64,000 nucleotides of DNA from Patescibacteria group bacterium (GCA_038065255.1 JBBTRI010000001.1:42911-106910); one strand, 5' to 3'. Shown: positions 31,109 through 41,428, counted from the stretch's first letter. The notes: generated by a model not told the origin, from the sequence alone. Made by a program: numbers and translations.

Positions 31109-31465
31109 ATGAGTATGCGTCACCGAAGCACCAAAAAAACACTCGATCGAAAAGCGTCAGCTCGCAAAGCGCTGTTGCGCATCCTGGCATCGCAGCTGAT
31201 TCTGTATGAAAAGATTCAGACAACCGAGGCCAAGGCAAAAGCACTAAGGCCGTTTGTTGAACGGTTGATTACGCATAGTAGAGTCGGCACATTAGCTGCC
31301 AGGCGCTATCTCATGAAGTATTTAACTGTTGAAAATGCGGTTAAGAAATTATTGGAGGATATCGGTCCCCGCTACAAGGAGCGCCCGGGCGGATATACCC
31401 GCATAATAAAAATAGGCCAACGCCAGGGGGATGCTGCCCATGTTGCGCGCATCGAACTTGTCTAA
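31109..31465 (+). CDS. rplQ: 50S ribosomal protein L17
   Basis: MRHR, TTEAKAK, RPGGYTRI, GDAA. Confidence 0.97.
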   Translation: MSMRHRSTKKTLDRKASARKALLRILASQLILYEKIQTTEAKAKALRPFVERLITHSRVGTLAARRYLMKYLTVENAVKKLLEDIGPRYKERPGGYTRIIKIGQRQGDAAHVARIELV

Positions 31466-31469
31466 ATCT

Positions 31470-31853
31470 ATGAAAAAAAGCGTAACAAAAAAACCAACTC
31501 TCAAAGAGAGAAAAACGCACACTTTTGATGCAAGCGGCCAAGTGCTTGGGCGGTTAGCCACACGCATTGCAACATTGCTGCGCGGCAAACACAAAGTGAG
31601 CTATCAGCCCCATATTGACGGCGGCGATTTTGTTGTTGTGACAAATGCTAAACAGGTAAAAATCACAGGTTTAAAACTGGAGCAAAAAAAATATTATCAC
31701 TATTCCGGATATCCGGGAGGCATGAAAGTTAAACAGCTCGGTCACATGATGGAAAAAGACCCTTCCGATGTTCTGCGCCGTGTTGTGTATCAAATGCTTC
31801 CTCCCACACGTTTGCGGAAGGGCATGATAAATCGTCTCACTATCCAATCCTAA
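31470..31853 (+). CDS. rplM: 50S ribosomal protein L13
   Basis: DASGQVLGRLA, LRGKHK, GDFVVVTNA, HYSGYPGG. Confidence 0.97.
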   Translation: MKKSVTKKPTLKERKTHTFDASGQVLGRLATRIATLLRGKHKVSYQPHIDGGDFVVVTNAKQVKITGLKLEQKKYYHYSGYPGGMKVKQLGHMMEKDPSDVLRRVVYQMLPPTRLRKGMINRLTIQS

Positions 31854-31862
31854 TGAACCTCT

Positions 31863-32345
31863 ATGGTAGAAGCAAAACCAAAATCATCGATTAAAAAAGC
31901 TGCTGCTCCGAAAGTTTCTCGAGTAAAAAAAGAACCTGTTGCGCCAGTGGCTTCCTCATCTGTTCAGTATCGAGCGGTGGGCAGGCGGAAGGAAGCCATT
32001 GCACGCGTGAGAATCACGGAAGGAACAGGACAATTTGTTGTAAATCAGAAGCCCGTTGAACTCTATTTTCCTTCATTTGTTATGTTGCAAACAGTTCAAG
32101 CGCCCCTTATTCAAACAAATACAAAAGATTCACTTGATATATCGGTAAAAGTTCTAGGCGGAGGATTTCGAGGTCAAGCAGATGCCGTACGGCACGGTAT
32201 TGCCAGAGCATTGTTGCTCATGAACGAAGATTTTCGTAAAACACTTCGAAGTCTCGGCTTCCTTACGCGGGATCCTCGTATTAAGGAGCGGAAAAAGCCC
32301 GGACTCAAACGTGCTCGCCGCGCACCCCAATTCTCAAAACGATAA
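31863..32345 (+). CDS. rpsI: 30S ribosomal protein S9
   Basis: GRRKEA.ARV, GQADAVRHGIARAL, ERKKPGLKRARRAPQFSKR. Confidence 0.98.
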   Translation: MVEAKPKSSIKKAAAPKVSRVKKEPVAPVASSSVQYRAVGRRKEAIARVRITEGTGQFVVNQKPVELYFPSFVMLQTVQAPLIQTNTKDSLDISVKVLGGGFRGQADAVRHGIARALLLMNEDFRKTLRSLGFLTRDPRIKERKKPGLKRARRAPQFSKR

Positions 32346-32350
32346 AGCAA

Positions 32351-32379
32351 AAAAGAGCCTCGCATTCAGAGGCTCTTTT
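32351..32379 (+). terminator. Intrinsic terminator after rpsI
   Basis: AAAAGAGCCTC/GAGGCTCTTTT inverted repeat. Confidence 0.8.
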
Positions 32380-32393
32380 GGTATAATGGAGGT

Positions 32394-33869
32394 ATGTCGC
32401 TTCAGAAACAAACAATGACCAAAAACACCGCGATGTTCTTGCTTTCGATTGCAGCGCAAAAAGCAATGACCCTCGTGTATTTTGTCATTGTCGCAAATGT
32501 ATTTGGTCCAGCCGAGCAGGGAAGATATAGCGCCGCATTGGCATTTACCACATTATTCGGCGTATTTGTTGATGTCGGAACATCTGCCATGCTGACGCGG
32601 CAGTCAGCACGCGATGGAAGGGGTGTTGAGAAAATGGTGCGCCAAATGTTTTTTTCTCGCATTATTCTTGGAATTGTGGTGTATGGAAGCATGATCGCAC
32701 TTTCTCACGCGCTCAATTATCCATCTGAGCTCATCTATCTTATTTCCATCGCCGGTATTGCCGCAGTAATCGATACGTGTTCTGTTGCAACATGGTCGGT
32801 TATCCGCGGATTCCATAACTTAACCAATGAAGCTATTGGAGGAGTGCTCGCAATAGGAATAATGGTTGGGCTAGGCGGGAGTGCAATAGGATTACACCTA
32901 CCTCTCGAATACCTTGTGTATGCTGTTCTTGCCGGAAGTGTTGGAAATTTTTTGTATGCCTTGTGGGTGCTATCGCATAAGCTCCATATATCGTTTGTGC
33001 CGCTGTATGATTGGCACACACTCAAAGAAATGGTACTATTATCGCTTCCATTTGCCGGAGCTGCTATTTTTTCACGAATATATACCTATACGGACGCAAC
33101 ACTCCTTGCGTCGATTGCAGGAGAAGAGGCTGTCGGTTGGTTTATGGCTGCAAATAAAATGATTCTTGCTCTCAACCTTATCCCGTCATCACTCTCAGCA
33201 AGCCTGTATCCGACATTAAGCTCGTTTGCGCTTTCATCACCGCACAGAATTTCATCAATGCTTGCAAAAACGCTATATGTCCTCATACTCATCGTGGTGC
33301 CCATTGCTGCAGGTATGGTGATCTTGGCTCCACATATCGTATCTGTTTTTTACAATAACCATTATCTTCCAACCATCGGCGTTATGCAGGTGTTAAGTAT
33401 TTCCATGGTATTTGGATTTCTCTGTTTTCCTTTTGGAGCGCTTTTTGCAGCAACGAATCAACAGCAAAAAAATACGATCCTCTACGGCATTGCCGCTACT
33501 CTGAGTATTGTGGGGAATATTTCACTTATAACACTGTTTGGCGTTGTGGGTGCGGCGTTAACAGCTCTAGTAGTTTCTTGTTTTATTTTTCTTGCCAGTC
33601 TTGCATGGTCGCAGGCCTACTGGAAGCCGGAAATGCCTTATCTGATCCGCTCAACGCTCAAAATAGTTCTTGCAACCGGAGGGATGGCACTGGTGCTATT
33701 GAGTATTGGAAATGCTCTTCCCTTTGCCATAGTGCTCATTGTCGGTTGTGCTACATATATTCTCTTCTGTTTTGCATTGCGTATTGTAACAAAAGCAGAC
33801 GTCATGCTTGTTGCCAATTCATTAATGAGGAAGGGAGATCTTGGGGTATCAGCACCTACCGATGTATGA
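32394..33869 (+). CDS. Wzx-type polysaccharide flippase
   Basis: Polytopic protein with MOP-family pattern (FG..EQGRYS, D.G..AMLTR, D..LL..IAG..AVGWF). Confidence 0.85.
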   Translation: MSLQKQTMTKNTAMFLLSIAAQKAMTLVYFVIVANVFGPAEQGRYSAALAFTTLFGVFVDVGTSAMLTRQSARDGRGVEKMVRQMFFSRIILGIVVYGSMIALSHALNYPSELIYLISIAGIAAVIDTCSVATWSVIRGFHNLTNEAIGGVLAIGIMVGLGGSAIGLHLPLEYLVYAVLAGSVGNFLYALWVLSHKLHISFVPLYDWHTLKEMVLLSLPFAGAAIFSRIYTYTDATLLASIAGEEAVGWFMAANKMILALNLIPSSLSASLYPTLSSFALSSPHRISSMLAKTLYVLILIVVPIAAGMVILAPHIVSVFYNNHYLPTIGVMQVLSISMVFGFLCFPFGALFAATNQQQKNTILYGIAATLSIVGNISLITLFGVVGAALTALVVSCFIFLASLAWSQAYWKPEMPYLIRSTLKIVLATGGMALVLLSIGNALPFAIVLIVGCATYILFCFALRIVTKADVMLVANSLMRKGDLGVSAPTDV

Positions 33870-34972
33870 AAAAAACACTTCTTGTTACTATGGATTTTTA
33901 TCCGTCAGTGGGAGGCATTGCACAATATTGGATGGGCCTTTCTGATGAAATGCCGCCTTCTAATTGGGTGATTCTTGCTCCGGAACTTCCGAGTGGTGTT
34001 AGAGAACGTCCCGGTGCATATATTGTATACCGCAAGCCATTTCTTTCGAGATTCTGGTTTCCTAAATGGCTTAAACTTGTTTTTACTATTATTGATATTG
34101 CAAAAAAAGAAAACATTCGATGTATTATTGCAGGGCAAATACTGCCAGTAGGAAGTGCAGTGCGTATCGCATCGTTCTGTACGGGGATCCCGTACTGTAT
34201 ATCCCTTCATGGGATGGATTTGGGGATGGCAGGGCGGTCGCGAAGAAAAAAAGCATTGGCCGCATCTCTTCTTAGGCATGCGCAAGTCATTCTGGTAAAC
34301 AGCACCTACACGTTCCAGCAGGTACAAACATATGGAATTGAACAAAAACGCATCTCGCTGCTATATCCTTGTTCGGTTACTTTTGAAGAGAAAAACGATA
34401 CTCCAAAAACATCTGATCACTTCCCGATACTCCTGACAGTTGCGCGTCTCGTGAAACGAAAAGGGCATGAGTATGTCATACGGGCGTTGCCAAAACTCAT
34501 TGAATCATTTCCAACATGTATCTATAGTATTGTGGGGGGTGGGCACATGCGCCGTGATCTCATGAAGCTTGTTCGCGAGTTATCACTGGAGCAGCATGTA
34601 GATTTTGTCGGTATTGTTTCTGATGAGATGAGAAAGAAGTATTACCGGGAATGCGATATATTTGTTATGGCGCCCTATGAAGAACTTGGCGATGTCGAGG
34701 GGTTTGGTATGGCCTACATTGAAGCAAATAGTTTTGGAAAGGCCGTCATAGGCAGTCGTAGCGGTGGCATTTCCGATGCTATTATTGATGGAGAAACAGG
34801 TCTCTTGGTTTCAGAAAAAAACAGCAGTGAAATAGCTGATGCCGTTTTGCTTCTCACTCGCGACCCTGAACTGTGCAATCGGCTTGGCAAGCAAGGGCGT
34901 GAGCGCGTACAAAGGGAATTTCGATGGGAGATCCAGGCACAAAAATTAAAAAATATTCTTACGTATGTATGA
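33866..34972 (+). CDS. Glycosyltransferase family 4
   Basis: MKKTLLVTMDFYPSVGGI, VARLVKRKG, EGFGMAYIEA; start at ATG 33866 overlapping the flippase stop. Confidence 0.9.
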   Translation: MKKTLLVTMDFYPSVGGIAQYWMGLSDEMPPSNWVILAPELPSGVRERPGAYIVYRKPFLSRFWFPKWLKLVFTIIDIAKKENIRCIIAGQILPVGSAVRIASFCTGIPYCISLHGMDLGMAGRSRRKKALAASLLRHAQVILVNSTYTFQQVQTYGIEQKRISLLYPCSVTFEEKNDTPKTSDHFPILLTVARLVKRKGHEYVIRALPKLIESFPTCIYSIVGGGHMRRDLMKLVRELSLEQHVDFVGIVSDEMRKKYYRECDIFVMAPYEELGDVEGFGMAYIEANSFGKAVIGSRSGGISDAIIDGETGLLVSEKNSSEIADAVLLLTRDPELCNRLGKQGRERVQREFRWEIQAQKLKNILTYV

Positions 34973-35679
34973 TCTCAATTATTATTCCCGCACTCAATGA
35001 AGGAAAGGTACTGCCTCGAACGCTTGAGAGTATTTTTAGTCAAACGTACAAGGATATCGAAGTTATTTATATCAACGATGGATCCACTGATACCACGGAT
35101 GAAGCGATCAAGCCCTATCTCGACAGAGTTACCTACATCAAACACGAAAAAAATGTTGATAAACAAATAACGCGAAATGAAGGTATTGCCGCTTCCCGCG
35201 GAGAATACATTATTGTGTGCGACGCCGATGTTATCATGCGCCCGGATTGCTTGGAAAAAATGTTTCAAGCATTGCAAGAGCATCCGGAATGTTCATTTGC
35301 GTACTCTTCATTTAAGTGGGAATGGAAACTATTCAAAAGCTATCCTTACGATGTTGAGTTGTTAAAAAAGATGAATTATATCAATATGGCATCTCTTGTG
35401 CGACGTGAGCACCACCCAGGATTTGATACTGCGATAAAAAAATTTCAGGACTGGGATGTATGGCTTACAATGTTAGAGCTGGGCTATACGGGAATTTATA
35501 TTCCGGAGGTATTGTATTCAACAGGTGAAAATCTTAAGCGAGAGGTGCGCGTTGGTTTAAGTAAGTGGCTACCCTCGTGTATGTACAAAATTCCATGGCG
35601 TCGACTGGGTATCCATATCGCATCTATTGAAAAATATGAACGTGGAATGGAGGCAATTAAACAGAAGCATCAATTATAA
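34969..35679 (+). CDS. Glycosyltransferase family 2
   Basis: ISIIIPALNE, NDGSTD, DAD, QDWD. Confidence 0.9.
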   Translation: MISIIIPALNEGKVLPRTLESIFSQTYKDIEVIYINDGSTDTTDEAIKPYLDRVTYIKHEKNVDKQITRNEGIAASRGEYIIVCDADVIMRPDCLEKMFQALQEHPECSFAYSSFKWEWKLFKSYPYDVELLKKMNYINMASLVRREHHPGFDTAIKKFQDWDVWLTMLELGYTGIYIPEVLYSTGENLKREVRVGLSKWLPSCMYKIPWRRLGIHIASIEKYERGMEAIKQKHQL

Positions 35680-36336
35680 TGAATTGAGCTCATCAAGCAG
35701 TGACGCATCAGAAAGGTTATAGGGGCCGATTGAGGTGCGCATGAGCTTTTCGCAATACGCTCCGCCTCCAAGTGCTTTGCCGATATCGCGGGCTAATGCG
35801 CGAATATAGGTGCCGCTCGAGACTGAACATCTAATTGTCAGAAGTGGCCACGAATATGAAATAAATTCGATTGAATAGATTGTTATTTGTTTCGGCTTGA
35901 GGTCGGGTTGTATTCCTTCTCTCGCGAGTTCGTATGCCTTTTTTCCTTTGATTTTTTTTGCGCTAAAATTCGGCGGCATCTGATCAAATGTTCCGATAAA
36001 GGATTGGAGTGTTTTCTGAATTAATGTTGGCGTAATTGGTGATTCCGGCGGATTAGATGTTATCTCACCGGTGCAATCATCGGTTGTACTTGTTCCACCA
36101 ATTTTTATAACAGCTTCGTATGTTTTATCCATGGTCAAGAACTCAGATTGCCGCTTTGTCTGCTCTCGCCCGACAAGAATAATCAAAAGTCCTGTTGCAA
36201 ACGGGTCAAGTGTGCCCGCATGTCCAACACGCTTAATTCCCGTTTGTTTTCTGACTCTATCAACGATGTCGTGCGATGTTGGCCCGGAAGGCTTGTTGAT
36301 GAGTAATAGCTCATTTTGTCTAGTGTCGTTAGTCAC
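35674..36336 (-). CDS. truB: tRNA pseudouridine(55) synthase
   Basis: GHAGTLDPFATG, GTYIRALARDIG. Confidence 0.96.
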   Translation of the reverse strand: MTNDTRQNELLLINKPSGPTSHDIVDRVRKQTGIKRVGHAGTLDPFATGLLIILVGREQTKRQSEFLTMDKTYEAVIKIGGTSTTDDCTGEITSNPPESPITPTLIQKTLQSFIGTFDQMPPNFSAKKIKGKKAYELAREGIQPDLKPKQITIYSIEFISYSWPLLTIRCSVSSGTYIRALARDIGKALGGGAYCEKLMRTSIGPYNLSDASLLDELNSL

Positions 36337-36394
36337 AATAATAATAATAATTCCTTTATTTTATAATCAAATATAATAGTTAGGCTAATAGGTA

Positions 36395-36423
36395 TTGACA
36401 AAACATCAAAATTGTGCTATACT
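36395..36423 (+). promoter_or_regulatory. Strong sigma70 promoter
   Basis: TTGACA-17 nt-TATACT with TGn. Confidence 0.75.
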
Positions 36424-36460
36424 TGCTTCGATCTAATCATACATTATTACCCAACTATCT

Positions 36461-36649
36461 ATGGGGCTTGAATATCCACAGTTTAATCTTGAAGGAGCTG
36501 ATGGTCAACCACTGCAAGGAAACGTTGGAATTCTTACGCTTGAAGAGCTCGAATATATGATGGCATCGATCTCGCCTTCTGCCCCGCTTGGCATGATAGG
36601 TGAAATACCCGAAGCGCAAAGTAAGGAACATAAAAAATGGAGGGACTAA
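36461..36649 (+). CDS. Small hypothetical protein
   Basis: 62-aa ORF 37 nt downstream of a consensus promoter. Confidence 0.4.
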   Translation: MGLEYPQFNLEGADGQPLQGNVGILTLEELEYMMASISPSAPLGMIGEIPEAQSKEHKKWRD

Positions 36650-36765
36650 CCAACGTTTTATTTTCCAGCGATGCGAAGGAGAAGCGCACTATCAGGGAAG
36701 ATTTCAGGGACAAGAAAGGCCATAGGCATTGCAAAACAGGCTTTAATTAGTATAATGGAGAGGTT

Positions 36766-39084
36766 ATGAAACTCTCCATTGTCATTGTTAGTTGGAATGT
36801 GCGGGAACTACTCAAAGAATGCCTTGAGTCGGTATTGTGCCATGCGCCGTCTTTTCCATTTGAAGTTTTTGTTGTTGATAATAGTTCGTCGGACGGAAGC
36901 GCCGAGATGGTACAAAAGGATTTTTCAAACATTAGTCTTATTGCAAATCCGGATAATCGCGGATTTGCTGTTGCGTGTAATCAGGCTATCCGGCAGGCGA
37001 AGGGAGAGTACATTCTTCTTCTCAATCCCGATTGCCATGTTATTGAGCATACTCTTGATCAATTCATTTCCTTTTTAGATGATCATAAGCGGGCGGGAAT
37101 TGCAGGGTGCCGCATACTCAATCCGGACGGATCTCTCCAGAAATCAATCAGGCGATTCCCAATAATTTTATCGCAATTGCTGATTTTTTTTAAAGTTCAC
37201 CATGTGCTGCCGAATATTCCAATACTTCGACAGTACCTAGCCGCAGATTTCAATTACGACAGTGAACAGTATGTCGATCAGCCAATGGGTGCTGCATTCA
37301 TGATACGAAAATCCTGTTTGGATGAGATTGGACTCTTGGATGAGCGATTTTTTATCTGGTTTGAAGAAGTGGATCTCTGTAAGCGTGCTCACGACAGAGG
37401 TTGGGAAGTCTGGTATACACCCCTACCAACTGTTATTCACCATAAAGGACAGAGTTTTAAAAAACAGAATATTGTACAAAATCAAATTAATACATTTACA
37501 AGTTGCTCGCAGTATCTATGGAAGTATTTTGCGTGGAAAAGCATAGTGGCGGTTTGCTGCATGAGATTGTACGTTGCCCTTTTAGCGATCTCTAGAATGA
37601 AGCTCTTCTGGTCAATCATTGCGCTCGAGCTTATTTCGATTGCCGGCTATTTTTTTGAACCATTGAATGTGTTTGGTTTTTTGTTTGTGGTCTTGCTGAC
37701 ATTTGCACTTTCTGTTCAGAAGCTTGAATACGGTTTGGCACTAGTGGTGGCAGAGCTGGCAATTGGTTCAAAAGGGCACTTGTTTTCGCTTGGCATTGGG
37801 GATGGCGCTATCAGTGTTCGTATGGGCATATTCTGCGCGCTATTCCTTGCATGGGTTGTATATGTTGCGTCTGGCATACTACAGAAAAGAAAAAATACTT
37901 TTTCATTCTTACGTTCATCCTATGCCCCATGGTATGGGATTATTGGCATTGTGAGCATTGTTGCAATCATTACCGGAATAGCGCGCGGCACTTCGCTTGG
38001 TGCAATCTATGCAGATGCAAATGCTTGGATATTCTTTCTCCTTGTTCCTATTTGTTGGGATACCGTTCAGTCCAGAACACAATTTTTATTATTTGCAAAA
38101 GTGTTTATTGCTGCAAGTGCGACGCGCATTGCAACAATTCTTGCGCTCTTTTACATCATGGGGCATAAGGGATTCGGCTTTGATGTGATCTATTCAGTAT
38201 ACCGTTGGGCGCGAACAACGGGCTTAGCGGAAATCACCCAGTTCGATTTCAGTGTTTCGCGCATCTTTCTTCAAAGCCAGATCTATGATCTCATCCTTTT
38301 TTGCATACTCATTATGATATGCGGAAGCCTTCTTCATTCCCGTAAGATTCTTTCACGAACAAGTATACTGCTACTAGCCGTAGGCGCCATTACTTCGATT
38401 ATCGTGAGTCTTTCACGAAGCTATTGGCTTGCAGTCATTTTGGTAATTCCTTTTATTGTGTATTTCATTGTTCGTTATTATTCATGGAAGGTGTTGGTTC
38501 GAACAGCACTCTTGTTTGCCGCTCTTACCTGCGCATCGCTTATTGTGCTTGTTGTTGTTTCGCGTATACCAATTCCTTCAACAGAAGGAGGATTTGAATT
38601 TGATATCCTAGCTAAGCGCGTGAGTGATTTGGGGGAAGAAGCAGCAGCTGCAAGTAGATGGAATTTGTTGCCCGTGCTTATCGACACAATTCGCGCAGAA
38701 CCGCTTTTGGGATATGGTTTCGGAAAAGCCGTTACCTATTACTCAAAAGATCCGCGCGTACTTGAAACCAATCCAAGCGGAGCGTTTACAACATATGCGT
38801 ATGAATGGGGGTATTTGGATATGCTTATTAAGTTTGGATTCATAGGATTTGCAGTATATCTTCTGTTTTTGGGTACCCTTCTTAAGAGGGGATGGCAGTA
38901 TATCGTCTCGACACCAGACGGTCAAACACGTGCGCTAAGTATCGGGCTATGGTGCGGACTTGTCGCGCTATTGATAACTCATATGTTTTCGCCCTATCTG
39001 AATCACCCTTTGGGTATTGGGTATATCATCGCATACTCGCTTTATTTTGATGTGATTCAGAGAAGAGCAATCATTTCGACATAG
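36766..39084 (+). CDS. GT2 glycosyltransferase fused to an O-antigen ligase/Wzy_C-like domain
   Basis: N-terminal VVDNSSSDGS, LLLNPD and EEVDLC; C-terminal multi-TM with SLSRSYW and PLLGYGFG. Confidence 0.8.
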   Translation: MKLSIVIVSWNVRELLKECLESVLCHAPSFPFEVFVVDNSSSDGSAEMVQKDFSNISLIANPDNRGFAVACNQAIRQAKGEYILLLNPDCHVIEHTLDQFISFLDDHKRAGIAGCRILNPDGSLQKSIRRFPIILSQLLIFFKVHHVLPNIPILRQYLAADFNYDSEQYVDQPMGAAFMIRKSCLDEIGLLDERFFIWFEEVDLCKRAHDRGWEVWYTPLPTVIHHKGQSFKKQNIVQNQINTFTSCSQYLWKYFAWKSIVAVCCMRLYVALLAISRMKLFWSIIALELISIAGYFFEPLNVFGFLFVVLLTFALSVQKLEYGLALVVAELAIGSKGHLFSLGIGDGAISVRMGIFCALFLAWVVYVASGILQKRKNTFSFLRSSYAPWYGIIGIVSIVAIITGIARGTSLGAIYADANAWIFFLLVPICWDTVQSRTQFLLFAKVFIAASATRIATILALFYIMGHKGFGFDVIYSVYRWARTTGLAEITQFDFSVSRIFLQSQIYDLILFCILIMICGSLLHSRKILSRTSILLLAVGAITSIIVSLSRSYWLAVILVIPFIVYFIVRYYSWKVLVRTALLFAALTCASLIVLVVVSRIPIPSTEGGFEFDILAKRVSDLGEEAAAASRWNLLPVLIDTIRAEPLLGYGFGKAVTYYSKDPRVLETNPSGAFTTYAYEWGYLDMLIKFGFIGFAVYLLFLGTLLKRGWQYIVSTPDGQTRALSIGLWCGLVALLITHMFSPYLNHPLGIGYIIAYSLYFDVIQRRAIIST

Positions 39085-39089
39085 TGATT

Positions 39090-40034
39090 CTAGAGTAAAC
39101 TTCTATGTCCATTGGCAAATTCAGCGCCGCTCATTGATTTCTTTCCTTCAAGTTGTACTGTGTCGAGCTGAAGAATGCCGGGAGTGCAACGTGCATATAA
39201 ATACTTCTTTCCGTTCTCGGATTTAGTAAAGAATGTTGTAGGTGGTAGTAGTTCATCATTTTTGTCGCCTAAAACCAATAGCGCTTCTAAAATTTTTAAT
39301 CTTTTTCCTTGGATAACCGTCCATGTGCCAGGCTCTGGATTGAGTGCGCGGATTTTTCGGTCAATTATCTCTGCTGATTCAGCAGAGAAATCTATACTAC
39401 CATCATCAAGATTTAGTAATTTCGTATATGTTGCTTGTGCGTGGTCTTGTTCGGTATATTTTACCGCATTGCTTTCTATTTTTGAGAGGGAATCTATAAG
39501 TAATTGTATCCCCACTTCAGTTGTTTTTTTTCGTAATGAGATAATCGTTTCGCGCATTTCAAGCTGTATTTTTTCTTGCGCTATGATCGGTCCATGATCC
39601 ATTTTTTCATCTAAGTGCATAATCGTTACACCGGTTTCTGAATCGCCATTCAATAAAGCCGTCTGCAGTGGAGAGGCTCCACGATATTTTGGAAGGAGTG
39701 ATGGATGGATATTGATGCAGCCTTTGTGCGGGATATCGAGAATAGATTTTGGAATAATCTGTCCGAATGCAACAACGATAATCATATCCGAGCTAAGATC
39801 GCGAATAGCATTAGTCCATTGAGTGTCGCGAATATGTTCCGGCTGCAATACTGGAATACCGTGGGCAAGCGCACATTTCTTTATTGGTGTAGGTTCGATG
39901 GTCTGTTTGCGGCCACTAGGACGGTCTGGTTGGGAAATAACAGTGCAAGGATTGAATCCGGCTGAGATAAGCCCTTCAAGATAGGGGACGGCATATTCAG
40001 GCGTTCCCATGAAAATAATGCGAGATGTGTTCAT
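39090..40034 (-). CDS. fmt: Methionyl-tRNA formyltransferase
   Basis: IFMGTPE, NIHPSLLPKYRGASP, MDHGPI; start placed at ATG 40034. Confidence 0.96.
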   Translation of the reverse strand: MNTSRIIFMGTPEYAVPYLEGLISAGFNPCTVISQPDRPSGRKQTIEPTPIKKCALAHGIPVLQPEHIRDTQWTNAIRDLSSDMIIVVAFGQIIPKSILDIPHKGCINIHPSLLPKYRGASPLQTALLNGDSETGVTIMHLDEKMDHGPIIAQEKIQLEMRETIISLRKKTTEVGIQLLIDSLSKIESNAVKYTEQDHAQATYTKLLNLDDGSIDFSAESAEIIDRKIRALNPEPGTWTVIQGKRLKILEALLVLGDKNDELLPPTTFFTKSENGKKYLYARCTPGILQLDTVQLEGKKSMSGAEFANGHRSLL

Positions 40035-40103
40035 AATGGGCTCTTGATGTTTTTTAATGCAGGATTTGTGAGGTGTAAGGTTTGCCATAATAATTGGACA
40101 TAC

Positions 40104-40172
40104 TATACTAAGGGATATCATACTGCGTTACGTATCATATTGCAAAACACAGTATATATCAACGAGTTATCT
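40104..40172 (+). other. attC-like site (degenerate left core)
   Basis: GATAT-C-ATACTG pairs with CAGTAT-ATATC leaving one extrahelical base; ends GTTATCT. Confidence 0.55.
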
Positions 40173-40222
40173 GAAATGTGGCTTTCTTAAAATCATTTTA
40201 CTCAACATAACCTGAATGACGT

Positions 40223-40633
40223 ATGAATTCAAAAATAGAGTTAGCTATGAATCACGAAAGAGAAATAGAAATCAGCAAGGAAGACCGTGAAAAACTAAGG
40301 CAGCTTGAAGATTCAATGTGGATAGCTGAAACACGGTTTGATAGAGCATATATGGAAAGTGTACTTGCTCCGGATTTTTTTGAATTCGGGCGATCGGGGC
40401 GCATATACCAACGGGAAGATACACTCGGGGCGCGTGGTGATGAAATCAAAGCAAGGTTACCTTTTAAAAATTTTGAATTACGCCCCGTCGTTCAAGATGT
40501 CATTCAGGTTACTTACACCAGCGAAGTCGAGTATAATGGAGAAGTAGAGGTCGGTAACAGAAGCTCTATCTGGGTCAAAACTCCAAAAGGATGGAAGTTA
40601 AAATTTCATCAAGGAACGCCCGTAAACAAATAA
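40223..40633 (+). CDS. DUF4440/NTF2-like protein (cassette)
   Basis: LAPDFFEFGRSGR, RSSIW, WKLKFHQGT. Confidence 0.85.
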   Translation: MNSKIELAMNHEREIEISKEDREKLRQLEDSMWIAETRFDRAYMESVLAPDFFEFGRSGRIYQREDTLGARGDEIKARLPFKNFELRPVVQDVIQVTYTSEVEYNGEVEVGNRSSIWVKTPKGWKLKFHQGTPVNK

Positions 40634-40647
40634 GAAAGCCGCACATC

Positions 40648-40750
40648 GTACAATAGCGTGTATGCGGCTCGGCTGATGTCTCGACCATATGGCGTAATGA
40701 TGAGAAAAATTGTATCATTGCGCCACATCGCATACACGCGAACGTTGTAC
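40648..40750 (+). other. attC site
   Basis: GTACAAT...GCGTGTATGCG / CGCATACACGC...GTTGTAC with an internal hairpin; 103 bp. Confidence 0.75.
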
Positions 40751-40784
40751 GAAATTTGTAATATTTTCATCCCTCATTTTTACT

Positions 40785-41399
40785 ATGAAAAACTCTAACA
40801 CGTGCCCATTTGGAGAAAAATTTCAAAAGTACTGGGACAAAAGGTACCAATTATTTTCTAAGTTTGACGAAGGCATCCAAGTTGATGAACAAGCATTGTT
40901 TTCTATCACTCCAGAACAACACGCGATTGATCATGCCAAGAGGTTGAAAGGAAAAATCGTCCTTGATGCTCTTGGTTGTGTTGGTGGAAACGCAATCGCG
41001 TTTGCTCAATATTGTAAAAAAGTTTATATGATTGAACTAGATGAGAATCGTATTAAAATGGCTGAAAACAATGCTCGCGTATATGGTGTCAGCAATAAAA
41101 TAGAGTTTATTCATGGTGATTATTTTGATGAGGCACCAAAAATTGAAGCAGATGTAGTTTATCTTGACCCGCCGTGGGGTGGCCCAGATTACATAGGTCT
41201 GAAAAAATTCAAATTGGATAATTTTTCTCCAAATGGGCATGACATACTTGAGCTAGCTTTTAAGCATTTTCCTCAGGTAGTAATGAGAATTCCAAGAAAT
41301 TTTGATCCGAAGGAACTTAAACAACTTAAACATGAATTTGAAGAAATTGACGATTACTCTGGTGAAAAGCTAGTTACAAAAACAGTCTATTTCAAATGA
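40785..41399 (+). CDS. Tgs1-like (trimethylguanosine synthase family) SAM methyltransferase (cassette)
   Basis: KYWDKRYQLFSKFDEGI..D...FSITPE, VGGNAIAFA, LDPPWGGPDY. Confidence 0.8.
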   Translation: MKNSNTCPFGEKFQKYWDKRYQLFSKFDEGIQVDEQALFSITPEQHAIDHAKRLKGKIVLDALGCVGGNAIAFAQYCKKVYMIELDENRIKMAENNARVYGVSNKIEFIHGDYFDEAPKIEADVVYLDPPWGGPDYIGLKKFKLDNFSPNGHDILELAFKHFPQVVMRIPRNFDPKELKQLKHEFEEIDDYSGEKLVTKTVYFK

Positions 41400-41428
41400 A
41401 CTGGACGGTATAAAATATTACAAACATC

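Noticed and set aside
32388-32393. GGAGGT before the flippase as an SD site
   Set aside because: It abuts the ATG with zero spacing and follows TATAAT directly, so it is more likely the -10-to-start spacer.
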